A DNA stretch of 64,000 nucleotides, taken from an uncultured Oscillospiraceae bacterium. GTDB lineage: Bacteria; Bacillota; Clostridia; Oscillospirales; Ruminococcaceae. Location: the NCBI GenBank assembly GCA_964369635.1, contig CAYJGN010000001.1:8847-72846 (forward strand), given 5' to 3'. Under the pieces are notes generated by a model, which was not told where the DNA came from, did no database searches, and saw only the letters and a list, made by a program, of their open reading frames with translations. Both the position numbers and the translations under genes were made by a program. This document shows positions 10,100 through 19,470 of this stretch, piece by piece; within the stretch, counting starts at the first letter, position 1; each line of letters opens with the position of its first letter.

Positions 10100-10672
10100 T
10101 TATCTTTTGCGACAAATTGCAAACGTAAGATATATTGTTGTTATTAAAAGGGTGGGATTTTTATAATTTATCAATATGTATCCTGCAAAAAAATAAAGAA
10201 TCAGAAGAAAAGCAATGGTAAATGAATTACAGATAATCTTTGCTGTATTGCTTGAAAAGAGAAGGCCTGTGCTATTTAAAATAATTCGGTAACCATCAAG
10301 CGGATAAATTGGAAGTATATTAAAGAGCAAAACTGCTATATTCATATAGAAGAAATAGCCTTGAACACCGCTTATATAAAGCGAAACTGCCGCCGCTATC
10401 ATATTAAAACACGGACCCATAGCAGAAAAGAAAAGCTCTTCTTTATAGCTTCCTTCGGTCTCTTTTTTTATAATTTTTATACCAAACATCTTAAATTCAA
10501 TTTTGTACTTCCGAATTCCTAAAAGATATAGCGCCAGTATATGACCACTTTCATGGATAACGCAAGCAGCAAGAGCATAGAGGCAAAGACCTGTTTTATC
10601 TAAGCTTAGGAGCGCTGTTAAAAATAAAACAAAATATTCTGAAATGAATATTTCTACCCCAAAAACTCTAAA
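10100..10672 (-). CDS. M50 family site-2 metalloprotease (SpoIVFB-like, short); start codon unresolved
   Basis: The callable ORF is 10100-10489 and carries NILPIYPLDGYRI. The same frame is open back to 10672 and encodes HESGH (10555-10541) plus TM-like segments. It has no ATG, GTG or TTG upstream of 10489. Confidence 0.6.
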   Translation of the reverse strand, partial: FRVFGVEIFISEYFVLFLTALLSLDKTGLCLYALAACVIHESGHILALYLLGIRKYKIEFKMFGIKIIKKETEGSYKEELFFSAMGPCFNMIAAAVSLYISGVQGYFFYMNIAVLLFNILPIYPLDGYRIILNSTGLLFSSNTAKIICNSFTIAFLLILYFFAGYILINYKNPTLLITTIYLTFAICRKR

Positions 10673-11366
10673 TCACATCTGAACTCAAATAATAAGCTGG
10701 GTCAACATTTATCCCGTCGATTAATATTTCAAAGTGGAGATGCGGTCCAGTCGTTAGCCCTGTACTACCAACCTCTCCAATGACTTGATTTCTCAAAACA
10801 CTGTCCCCTACTTTTACGAGTGTTTCGCTAAGATGACAGTATTTTGTCTCTATGTTCACTCCATGCCGAATTTTAATGTAGTTTCCGTCTATATCGTTAA
10901 ATGAAACCTCCAAAACCTCACCTTGAAGTGCCGCTACCACCACATCACCCTCCGGCGCCGCTATATCTATCCCATTATGTATACTTTCATTACCGCTCAC
11001 AGGATGAACACGCACCCCAAACTCTGAACTAATCCAACCATCTGCTGGATTTGTGAGCAGAGTTGAGAGGATATATGGTGAATTATAAATTGTTGTGCTA
11101 TCCCCCTCACCTCCACCGGCGTTTAATGTTATCTCTTTTAAAACAGCTTCTGCGGTATTCTCAAAATAATCGCTGTTATAAACTTCTTTTATATCTCGAA
11201 GCTCCAATAAAAACTTTGAAACAACTTCTGTTTCTGAAAAGAAGTATATACATCCAAAAATACATAGCGATATAACCGATTGCAATAATAAAACGGTGCA
11301 GAAATAGTCTATTGTTTTCCCTTCATTATTTTTTTTACGTCTTTTTCTCATTCTTATATTTCTCAA
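10668..11366 (-). CDS. membrane-anchored M23 (LytM-type) metallopeptidase
   Basis: N-terminal TM segment, HNGIDIAAPEGDVV (HxxxD) and GPHLHFEI (HxH). TTG start behind AGGGGTGA. Confidence 0.8.
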   Translation of the reverse strand: MRNIRMRKRRKKNNEGKTIDYFCTVLLLQSVISLCIFGCIYFFSETEVVSKFLLELRDIKEVYNSDYFENTAEAVLKEITLNAGGGEGDSTTIYNSPYILSTLLTNPADGWISSEFGVRVHPVSGNESIHNGIDIAAPEGDVVVAALQGEVLEVSFNDIDGNYIKIRHGVNIETKYCHLSETLVKVGDSVLRNQVIGEVGSTGLTTGPHLHFEILIDGINVDPAYYLSSDVI

Positions 11367-11506
11367 AGCCTATCACCCCTGATAATAGGTATGAATTTAG
11401 TTTTGAAATAATAACAGTTTTCTCTATGCAAAAAAACAGTTTCACTCTAAAATATCTCAAAAACCTATTTTGTTGTAAGTTTAAGTTTTTATAGCAAAGG
11501 GAAAAG

Positions 11507-11604
11507 AACAGCCGCCCCCCGCAAAACGCATCTTGATGCGTTTGGTCAAACTTCGTTTGACCGAGGCAATTTGAAAAATTGCCTTTTGCGGGGGCGCGGC
11601 TGTT
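11507..11604 (-). terminator. GC-rich four-way-junction terminator after the adhesin gene
   Basis: A closing stem of about 20 bp (AACAGCCGCCCCCCGCAAAA / TTTTGCGGGGGCGCGGCTGTT, one bulge) encloses three perfect 7-bp hairpins (ACGCATC, GGTCAAA, GGCAATT). In the minus sense it is followed by CTTTTCCCTTTG. Confidence 0.55.
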
Positions 11605-11757
11605 AATACACATCTGATTATCCTACTATTCCTATACCTCAGCTCTTCAAACAAAATTGGTAGGATATAGTTATAGGGAGCGGCTTCTACCGCCACTCCC
11701 TATCTTGAAAAACTTAAAATATCTACTTCTATTTCTTAAAAATGCAGTAAATCAACT

Positions 11758-14700
11758 CTATTTCTCTACTCGACCTTTGCTACGGAATACAAAAAAGACA
11801 ACTGCACCAAGCACTATTACCACCACAATGATAATCGGATATAAAGGTATACCAGACTCAGACTCTGTTTCTTCAAAATTTGAAGCGCTGAGTGGAACAC
11901 CATCATCAACAATTATAGTCGCTTGATAACTTGTATTACCATAATCTACGGTGATATTATGCTCACCATTCGAAAGAGCTCTTAAAACTTCTGATGTAAC
12001 TGTTATGCTGCCATCACCGTTTACTAAATAATCATCATTGCTAAGTACGCGCTCTCCAATTGTAACACCGCTCGGCTCGCCGCTGTTTGCAGGTGGAGTT
12101 ATAGTAACCTCGCCGCTGTCGGTAATATCAATTTTCGGGGTATTCTCCGAGGAACTGCCGCTATCGCCGTTCCCGTCCTCTGAGCCATCCGAAGAGCTGT
12201 CCTCAGAACTGCTGCTATCACTTCCACTCTCCGAAGAGCTGTCCTTTGAGCCGCTCTCAGTATTATCGTCCTGCTCACTGCCGCTCTCACTGTCGCCCTC
12301 GTCCTCACCTAAATCATCAGGATCACTGTCGGTATCAGTAGTGGTAATTTGGGTGAAAGAGGCGGAAATGCTGTGCGGAGTGGTGACGTTTTCAAATGTA
12401 AAGCTTGTTATACTGCCGTAGTTTGTGCCGTCAATCGTAACGCTCAAAACTCTGTATCCGCTGTTTGGCGTTATAGTGAAAGTCTGGTTATTGCCCTCGG
12501 TGACGTTCACCTTCCCAATAGGCGAGATAGTACCATTTGAACCGGCAGTTGCCGTTATCGTATGGGTTTTAACAGTTGGCGGTGTAACGGCTGAATTAAT
12601 AGAAAATATAGCGGTATCGATATAGCTTATATCGTAGTTACTTGCCGCCGATAGAGCGTCTATAGTCGTCTGCATAGCCTGTGCGTTGCTCCATCTAACT
12701 GTATAGCTGCCGGCTTTTTTGCTGTCTGTAGGCAGACCACTAAACTGCGCTGTCACTGAACCAGGAGCAAGGCTCTCGCCAGAGATAACATCGCCGTAAT
12801 CGATAGTTGCTATTGGGAGTGTTCCGCCGACGATTATAGCCGACTTATCCAGTTTCACAGATATAGTTATCGGTTTTTTTATGATTTCAGATGATATATC
12901 TGTCGTAACTGTTGCGTACTTCTCACCATCGCTCGGAATAAACTTCAATGTTAAAGTCTGCCTCTCGCCAGCTTTAGTTATAGATGGTGTCGTTTCAAGG
13001 CTCCAGTTTCCGAGTATAGGTTGACCGTTAAAGGTGGCGGTTTTGTTCTCAATATCAGCTTCGGTGAACGCTACTCCGTCATACTCTTTTGATAAATCAT
13101 CTGCCGATAAAACAGGTACATCTTTATCAAGCACCGTTATATCGATTAATACTGTAACATCTAAGTGGTTATCACTTTTAATATTTAAGGTAATAACGCC
13201 GCTTTGAAGCCCCAGTGGTGCAGTATCTAAAATGCTAAACGCAAGCACCCCTGTACTATCGCTTTGGTAGGTTGGTGCAGTAACTACCGTATTATCATAG
13301 TTTATTAGATTTACCGCCGGATAATTAGGGTTTAGAAGTCCCGAGAGATAGTTTGCAAGATTAACTGTTGTCGCCTGATCAATTTTCGCATTAATCGCAA
13401 CGGTTATCTCGTCATCGGCGTTATAAGAAGCTTTTGTGATATTAGCGGCGTTAAAATTCGGTTGCCCAGTCGGAAGGGTGTAGTTCGATTTAGCTGTATC
13501 GGTGCCGTTTATACTATATCCAAACGCTGTAACTGCAATTCCATTTGCTGCGTTTTCAGATGCAAAGCTTGCAGTTCCGTTTGTAACCGAGATGTTATCG
13601 GCGGGGTAAGTTCCGCTCAAAGTCGGGTGCGCTGTAACGGTGGCATCGGTATCGCCATCGTAAGCTTTGTTTGCAACTGTTCCCACGCTCCAACTTGCGG
13701 TTTTCGGGGTAATAGTTGCCGGAACATCTATGCTGCTTGTAACGAGTGTGTAGTTACCCTCGGTGTCGCCTTGTAGTGCGAGTGAAACTGTAGCTGTTTT
13801 ATTTTCAGTTGTAACGTTTTTATCGGAGAAAAGACCGATAGTAGGCGAAACAGATACAGCGCTCAAATCAGAAGCCGCTATGCCGCTAACAAAGAGGGTG
13901 CCGGTAGAAGTTGCGCTATTTCCGCTCGTGGTGTTGTCATATTCTTTTGTAACGGCAAAGTCACCCGCAGTAACCGTTATCTCTTTCGCTGAAACGGTAA
14001 TTGTATAGCTATCGGTGGCGGAGGAATAACTCTCGCCGTCAGAGCCTGTGCCGAGCTCTGCCGTTGCGGTAATAGTTGTGCTACCACGACCGACAATGCT
14101 CACATGCCCTGTAAACTCATTGACGGTCGCAACAGCGGTATTACTGCTCACATAAGAAACTGCCGTTTTAGCACCACTAAGAGGGTTTACAAAGGTCGCA
14201 TCGCCATACTGCTTTACAACTGTATCCTCTGAAAACTCGATAGTTTGCCCTGAAAGCGCCGACTGAGCAATAGCGGGAACAGGTATAAGCTTGCTTGAAT
14301 AGTCGGTATTGCCCTCACCGTTTACCTGCTCATTGAAAGCGAGAATATCAAGATAATCGCCCTCTTCTAATTCTAAATCGGCAGGCAGAGTGAAAGTTAT
14401 GATACCGCTTTCATCTGCGGCGTCATTAGCGGCACGAACCTTGCCGTAATATAGGATACCGCCGAGCCCATCGCCGATTATAACAGAGATATACTCATTG
14501 TGTCCATATGTGGCGTTTTGGTATTCGAAAATTACCTCTCTGCCAACAATCTCGAGGTTATAAGCATCGAAATCAGCTCTGCTGCTATCATAAAGGGTTA
14601 AGCTCCATTTGTTTGAGACAGCGCTCTCGCCGACCTCAAACTGCTTTGTGAAAACATCGACGACTGCATCTTTGGTAATTCCCACCTCGCCATTTTTACC

Positions 14701-17700
14701 GCCTTCATTTGTATGGCGGAATAGAATAGCATTATCATCTATCGTGAAAGCCGGTTTTGTTGTGGCATTTATTGCTAAACCGTCGGTTAACTCTGTGCCG
14801 ACAAGGTCTGTCACCTGCTGGTTTGTTAAATTGGTAAGACTGCCGCCGGTGACCGCCGATTGCTCAGCTGCCGTGAGGCTTTGATAGGTTAAGTTGTTAT
14901 CTTCTACATTTTTGTTTATAAGAAGCCTTGGTGCGTCCACTGGGTCTTTTAGCAGAACCCATTCATCTCCGCCAAGGAAGAGAACATCCCCATCTTTTTG
15001 CACGTTTCCGGCAGAGGTAACCGTTCTTGGGTCAAACCCTATTGCCCCCATCATCATACTGTTAATATCGGGGAAGCCTTTAGCGGCTATGGAGATAGAT
15101 TGATTGTTCAATTCATAATATAAGCCATGAGGGTTTTCGTCATCGTACAAATGATTATTAATTGTTATATCAACCTCTTCATAGTTTAAAAATACAGGAT
15201 TACCATTCGATCCATTAAAATCAATCGTTGCAGGGAGAGGATAGATATAAAATTGCGAATTCGCGTTATCAAAATATATTGCTCGATGACCTGTATAAGA
15301 AGGATTAGTTAAACCGTCTTTACGAAAAAAGCTTGCTGAGCCGACGTCTAAATCGCCGCCTCGAATAAATACGTTTCCAGATGATATATAAATACCGCTT
15401 CCGGCAACATCACTATAGAAGTCATATTCACCAAAATTCGTATAAAAGAACCTCTCCGTACTAACCTTTGCCTCAATTCTCCCATTATAAAGTAGTAAAT
15501 CATTTTGAACGAATATTGAATTGGCAATTGGAACGTCCATAGTATAAAGTGGTACTTTAATGCCATCACCAACAACATCTGTTATAAGGGTGCAACCGGG
15601 GTTTACCGTTAGATTATCACCTGATTGAAAGGTGACTCCAGCGGTTGCTATCGCTTCAACGGTGCAACCGCCTATAAGCGAAATGTTACCATTTGATAAT
15701 ACCGCCCTTGTGTAATCTCCCATATATTGCTCTGTAAGAGAATGGTCAATTCTAATTTTTCCACTGCCGCTAAAGATTATGCCTCCTGCAACTAAAGTAG
15801 TTGAAACTTCATTAATAGCAAATCTTAGCTTGGTTTTATTGGTAATAGAGCTCTCGCCCTTTAAAACAATCTCAAGAAAAGCAGCTGAGTATATAAAGGT
15901 ATCTGTCAGCACTGCGCTATTAAAGGTCAGCCTCTCGCCAGCAGGGGTCACCTCAAAGAACAAATCATAGTCTGCCGCCGTTGCCGCTGTAAGGGTTTTG
16001 GCGGTGCTATCAAAGTTATAATAACTGCCGTTCACAAGGCTGTACTGGGCGTAGCCCGCCGTGCTATCGTCCAAAATTCTTATAACAGCATAAGACTGCC
16101 GCTCGGTCGTTATCTTAACGAATTTGTTTGTGTGATAATCAGTGCTTTGCTCTACTGCCGCCGCAGTTGCCGCAGTATCTCCAGCTATTATAGTTGGAAT
16201 AGCGTTAATAGTCGGGTTGTTTGCAAAAGCGGTGCGCCCTGTTGCGGTAACAGAGCTATTTCCGCTAATAGAAACGGTGCCGAGATATGCGGTATCATTT
16301 GCACTAACGTGGATATAGCTATCATTTATCGCTGTATTTCCAGTCACTGCGAGTGCACCGAAAACATTGAGGCTACTGCCGATGTTAAGAGTTAGATTGT
16401 TTGCCGCAAATCCCTTTGCCGCAGAGCCTGAGCTTGTTATAGCGCCGCCGCTTATCGTTATATTGCCACCGGAGGATATTCCAAACTCTCTGCCAAATAC
16501 CGAGAGTGAGCCGTTTTCAAAAAAGTTTAAGTTGCCCACTACTTCAATAACGCCAACTCCTGTTTGGCTGTTTGTAAGCGAAGAGTTGCCCTGCAAAATA
16601 ATATCCAAGTCGCCACCTGCAGTTATCAGGCTTTTTGCAAAACTGCCAAATACCGAAACGCTCGAAAGAGTCAGGGTGTTTTTGCCACTTATATTTGTAA
16701 AATAAACATTGTAATCAGCCAAACTGCCGATAGTCATACTGCCGTTTTCGCTAAATTTATAGTAGTTACCGACAATTAGATTAACCCCTGCGAAAGTAAC
16801 CTCACCCGGTGTTGAGTAAGAAATACCGACGTATCTCGAGGCGAAATCGTGGATACTATCAGCGTCATATGTACCTGGAGCGGATAGACCTATCGAGTGG
16901 TCGGCTTGTTTGCCGTCGGGGGTAGTTATATTCGGCGCTTGCCTATATGCTCTTTGAGGACCGTTTGTGCCTGAGTTATACCCGCCGGTTGCATAAACGT
17001 TACCACCTGCAATGGTCGATTTATCAGAGCCGCCGTCCGCAACTGCATACCCTAAAGTACCGTCTGCGATAGATAGGTTGCCGCCTTTGATATAAGACTC
17101 ACCGCCGGTAGCCCAGATATGAAATCCTATTCCGCTACCTGAACTGCCTCCGACACCGCCGTCACCGCCGGTAGCTTCGAGCTTACCGCCCTCAACAACT
17201 GCATCGTTTGTAATAGCGGTACCGCCAGTTTGCCCGAACGCCGAAGCGGCAGAGCCACCACGAACACGAACATACCCGCTCTCTAAATTCAGTCTTGTTA
17301 TACCATCGCCGGCAGAGCCACCAAGAGTGTTGTATAGGTTTCCACCAAAAGCGGTAACACTGCCGCCTTTAACGTTCAGATAAGCGTCAATAGCGATACC
17401 GCCGTTTCTTGCATTTCGCCCAGCCGATCCGTTTGCCCAAACTGATGCACCGGTGGGAACTATAAGCTCGGTTGCAGTTATGCCATATCCGCCGTCGTCG
17501 TTTGCATTGGCAGTTAAATTAGCGCCATCTTGCAGATAAATATTTGCAGCGGAAACCGCATTATTTGCCACAACGGTTAAGTTATTGCTTATAGTTATAT
17601 TACCTGTTGCGGTAATACCGTTGTTATCTGTCGATTTAATTGATAGCGCGCCGCCTTTAAATATAAGGCTTTTCGCCATAACGCTATCGCTCGTTTCAGA

Positions 17701-18570
17701 AGTTAATGAAACCGCTCCTATGGTATTAACTGTTAATGTTTCATATGTTGAGATAAACGAGGTAGCTGAATTTGTATCTCTTAGCGAGAAGTTATTAAGA
17801 TGAAGGGTTGCCTCCTCTTCGGTTACTTCAAGATAAACTTTATAGTTATCAGCGTCCGCACCAGAGGTGGTAAATGAATTGCCTGAGATGGTATAATATG
17901 TATTTGCAGCAAGGGTAACTCCTGCAAAATTCACAGAGCCGATAGCACGGCTATTATTTTGCGATAGATTTGGCGCTTTATCACTATCTAAAACTATTAA
18001 ATCTTCTTCACTCTCTTGCTCGTCGCTATTATCAGAGTTTGAGTTATCGCCATTGTTTTCTTTATTTTCATCTTCGCTTTTTCTACCTACTATATTAACT
18101 GTAATTTCAGGCATAACAACAACGTCTGCGACTTCATAGCTATCGTTCGAAATTTTTGCTCTATAAATAAAACTCTGCTCTCTCTCGGTGCTAAATAAAA
18201 CATCACCCAAAAGCTCCCACTCAACATCTATCGATAAACTCTCGTTTGAAATGGTCTGTTGCCACTCTGTTTTATTTTTCTCATCATCGGTATCTGGCGA
18301 AGTTTCCTCATCACTTTGCTGTGGCAGAGCGATTTCCTCCCACAAAATGCTTGTAACAGTTGCATCTAAGCTTGTGGGTAGACTTGGAGCACTATCGCTC
18401 TCTATGGCTATTTCCTGCATAGATAAAGCATCGTCAGGCAAACTTATGGCAGTTATCACCTCGCTGTTTTGATACTTTGCATCAGCCGCGAATATGCTAA
18501 GTGGCAGAGCGCCTATAAGCAGTGCAACCGACAGAATTATCGGCATTAGTTTCCTTTGTTTAACTCTCAT
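11758..18570 (-). CDS. giant cell-surface adhesin-like protein (2270 aa)
   Basis: Signal peptide MRVKQRKLMPIILSVALLIGALPLSIFA. Gly-rich beta-helix-like repeats. A Big_2-like segment (VSYVSSNTAVATVNEFTGHVSIVGRGSTTITATA). Repeated K(E/A)YDxxT modules of the MBG/YDG type. A Listeria-Bacteroides-type repeat (HTITATAGSNGTISP...). An acidic S/D/E/G linker. A C-terminal TM anchor (IIIVVVIVLGAVVFFVF) with no LPXTG. Confidence 0.8.
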   Translation of the reverse strand: MRVKQRKLMPIILSVALLIGALPLSIFAADAKYQNSEVITAISLPDDALSMQEIAIESDSAPSLPTSLDATVTSILWEEIALPQQSDEETSPDTDDEKNKTEWQQTISNESLSIDVEWELLGDVLFSTEREQSFIYRAKISNDSYEVADVVVMPEITVNIVGRKSEDENKENNGDNSNSDNSDEQESEEDLIVLDSDKAPNLSQNNSRAIGSVNFAGVTLAANTYYTISGNSFTTSGADADNYKVYLEVTEEEATLHLNNFSLRDTNSATSFISTYETLTVNTIGAVSLTSETSDSVMAKSLIFKGGALSIKSTDNNGITATGNITISNNLTVVANNAVSAANIYLQDGANLTANANDDGGYGITATELIVPTGASVWANGSAGRNARNGGIAIDAYLNVKGGSVTAFGGNLYNTLGGSAGDGITRLNLESGYVRVRGGSAASAFGQTGGTAITNDAVVEGGKLEATGGDGGVGGSSGSGIGFHIWATGGESYIKGGNLSIADGTLGYAVADGGSDKSTIAGGNVYATGGYNSGTNGPQRAYRQAPNITTPDGKQADHSIGLSAPGTYDADSIHDFASRYVGISYSTPGEVTFAGVNLIVGNYYKFSENGSMTIGSLADYNVYFTNISGKNTLTLSSVSVFGSFAKSLITAGGDLDIILQGNSSLTNSQTGVGVIEVVGNLNFFENGSLSVFGREFGISSGGNITISGGAITSSGSAAKGFAANNLTLNIGSSLNVFGALAVTGNTAINDSYIHVSANDTAYLGTVSISGNSSVTATGRTAFANNPTINAIPTIIAGDTAATAAAVEQSTDYHTNKFVKITTERQSYAVIRILDDSTAGYAQYSLVNGSYYNFDSTAKTLTAATAADYDLFFEVTPAGERLTFNSAVLTDTFIYSAAFLEIVLKGESSITNKTKLRFAINEVSTTLVAGGIIFSGSGKIRIDHSLTEQYMGDYTRAVLSNGNISLIGGCTVEAIATAGVTFQSGDNLTVNPGCTLITDVVGDGIKVPLYTMDVPIANSIFVQNDLLLYNGRIEAKVSTERFFYTNFGEYDFYSDVAGSGIYISSGNVFIRGGDLDVGSASFFRKDGLTNPSYTGHRAIYFDNANSQFYIYPLPATIDFNGSNGNPVFLNYEEVDITINNHLYDDENPHGLYYELNNQSISIAAKGFPDINSMMMGAIGFDPRTVTSAGNVQKDGDVLFLGGDEWVLLKDPVDAPRLLINKNVEDNNLTYQSLTAAEQSAVTGGSLTNLTNQQVTDLVGTELTDGLAINATTKPAFTIDDNAILFRHTNEGGKNGEVGITKDAVVDVFTKQFEVGESAVSNKWSLTLYDSSRADFDAYNLEIVGREVIFEYQNATYGHNEYISVIIGDGLGGILYYGKVRAANDAADESGIITFTLPADLELEEGDYLDILAFNEQVNGEGNTDYSSKLIPVPAIAQSALSGQTIEFSEDTVVKQYGDATFVNPLSGAKTAVSYVSSNTAVATVNEFTGHVSIVGRGSTTITATAELGTGSDGESYSSATDSYTITVSAKEITVTAGDFAVTKEYDNTTSGNSATSTGTLFVSGIAASDLSAVSVSPTIGLFSDKNVTTENKTATVSLALQGDTEGNYTLVTSSIDVPATITPKTASWSVGTVANKAYDGDTDATVTAHPTLSGTYPADNISVTNGTASFASENAANGIAVTAFGYSINGTDTAKSNYTLPTGQPNFNAANITKASYNADDEITVAINAKIDQATTVNLANYLSGLLNPNYPAVNLINYDNTVVTAPTYQSDSTGVLAFSILDTAPLGLQSGVITLNIKSDNHLDVTVLIDITVLDKDVPVLSADDLSKEYDGVAFTEADIENKTATFNGQPILGNWSLETTPSITKAGERQTLTLKFIPSDGEKYATVTTDISSEIIKKPITISVKLDKSAIIVGGTLPIATIDYGDVISGESLAPGSVTAQFSGLPTDSKKAGSYTVRWSNAQAMQTTIDALSAASNYDISYIDTAIFSINSAVTPPTVKTHTITATAGSNGTISPIGKVNVTEGNNQTFTITPNSGYRVLSVTIDGTNYGSITSFTFENVTTPHSISASFTQITTTDTDSDPDDLGEDEGDSESGSEQDDNTESGSKDSSSESGSDSSSSEDSSSDGSEDGNGDSGSSSENTPKIDITDSGEVTITPPANSGEPSGVTIGERVLSNDDYLVNGDGSITVTSEVLRALSNGEHNITVDYGNTSYQATIIVDDGVPLSASNFEETESESGIPLYPIIIVVVIVLGAVVFFVFRSKGRVEK

Positions 18571-18665
18571 AATTTTCAGCTCCCAGATAATATAATAATT
18601 AGATTTTTTTGAAGTTAATTGCAGTTATACACCTTAATAATATCATATAAATAGGATAAAAAAAC

Positions 18666-18689
18666 GAATGTGGCAGAATTACCACATTC
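18666..18689 (-). terminator. terminator between response regulator and adhesin gene
   Basis: GAATGTGG / CCACATTC stem with an A-run upstream and a T-run downstream. Confidence 0.55.
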
Positions 18690-18756
18690 ATAAGTTTTTT
18701 TATTTAAAATGACTATTTGTCAAAACAAATATATAGATACTTGGACAACTTTTTTG

Positions 18757-19467
18757 CTACCTCAAATCGATTTTTTCAAATGTATAACCCTCGCCTCTGC
18801 TTGAAGATATAGTATACCCACTGCTAACAAGTTTCTTTCGCAGTCTTGCGATGGCGGAGCGAAGCGCTGTCGTATCGGTCCCGAGCGATTGCCCCCATAC
18901 CTTTTCATACAAAAAGCTTTGAGTAACAATTTCATTTTCGTATCCGGATAGTGTTAGCAGTAGCGTGAAATCCTTTGGTGTGAGATTTAAGTTTTCCTCG
19001 TTTAATATCGCCTGTCTTGTTATTGGGTTAATTTTAAGGGCACCAAAAGAAACCTCTGAGAATTTATTCTTTGTATCAGCTTCTTTTTTGTGTTTTGCTA
19101 AGAGTCCTTCAATTCTCGCAATAAGCTCAGTTATAACAAATGGTTTTGTCATATATAAATCAGCTTCACCGCTCATACCTTTAATAATATCATCAGAAGA
19201 GTTTTTACTTGTAAGGATAAGCACCGGACATCCGACTTTTTTCTTCAGATGACCCGCAAATAACAAACCATCCCCATCTGGCAGTAAAACATCTAAAATG
19301 GCGATATCAATTCTTTTGTTACTATCAATAATACCGCTTGCTTCACTGAGATTTTTCGCAGGATAGACGGTATAGCCATTTCTTGATAAGATTTCATTAT
19401 TGAGATTTAGCAGATTTAAATCGTCCTCAACCATTAATACTGTTTTATGATTTGACATTTCATTCAT
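18757..19467 (-). CDS. OmpR-family response regulator
   Basis: Receiver domain (DVLLPDGDG, TKPF) plus a winged-helix C-terminus (LTPKDFTLLLTL...GYTF). Confidence 0.85.
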   Translation of the reverse strand: MNEMSNHKTVLMVEDDLNLLNLNNEILSRNGYTVYPAKNLSEASGIIDSNKRIDIAILDVLLPDGDGLLFAGHLKKKVGCPVLILTSKNSSDDIIKGMSGEADLYMTKPFVITELIARIEGLLAKHKKEADTKNKFSEVSFGALKINPITRQAILNEENLNLTPKDFTLLLTLSGYENEIVTQSFLYEKVWGQSLGTDTTALRSAIARLRKKLVSSGYTISSSRGEGYTFEKIDLR

Positions 19468-19470
19468 CCT

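Noticed and set aside
10668-10672. Programmed +1 frameshift fusing the M23 and M50 proteins
   Set aside because: The slippery context (AUU-UAG-A) does not allow good re-pairing of tRNA-Ile in the +1 frame. Such fusions are not something I know from homologs. It remains only a remote alternative in the M50 start finding.
10673-10678. ATG-TGA in front of the M50 frame as evidence for TGA recoding (genetic code 4 or 25)
   Set aside because: TGA clearly terminates other well-conserved genes here, such as yraN at 4400-4402 and the carboxynorspermidine synthase at 62890-62892. All long ORFs are intact under the standard code.
11335-11696. ORFs 11335-11613 and 11481-11696 on the minus strand
   Set aside because: They span the four-way-junction terminator and AT-rich spacer. 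They have no RBS, and their composition is driven by the palindromes.
12038-18472. Numerous plus-strand ORFs inside the adhesin gene (for example 12038-12421, 13462-13776, 16367-16705)
   Set aside because: They are antisense to a continuous 6.8-kb coding frame with clear domain structure. They are shadow ORFs caused by the repetitive, Gly/Ser/Thr-rich coding strand.
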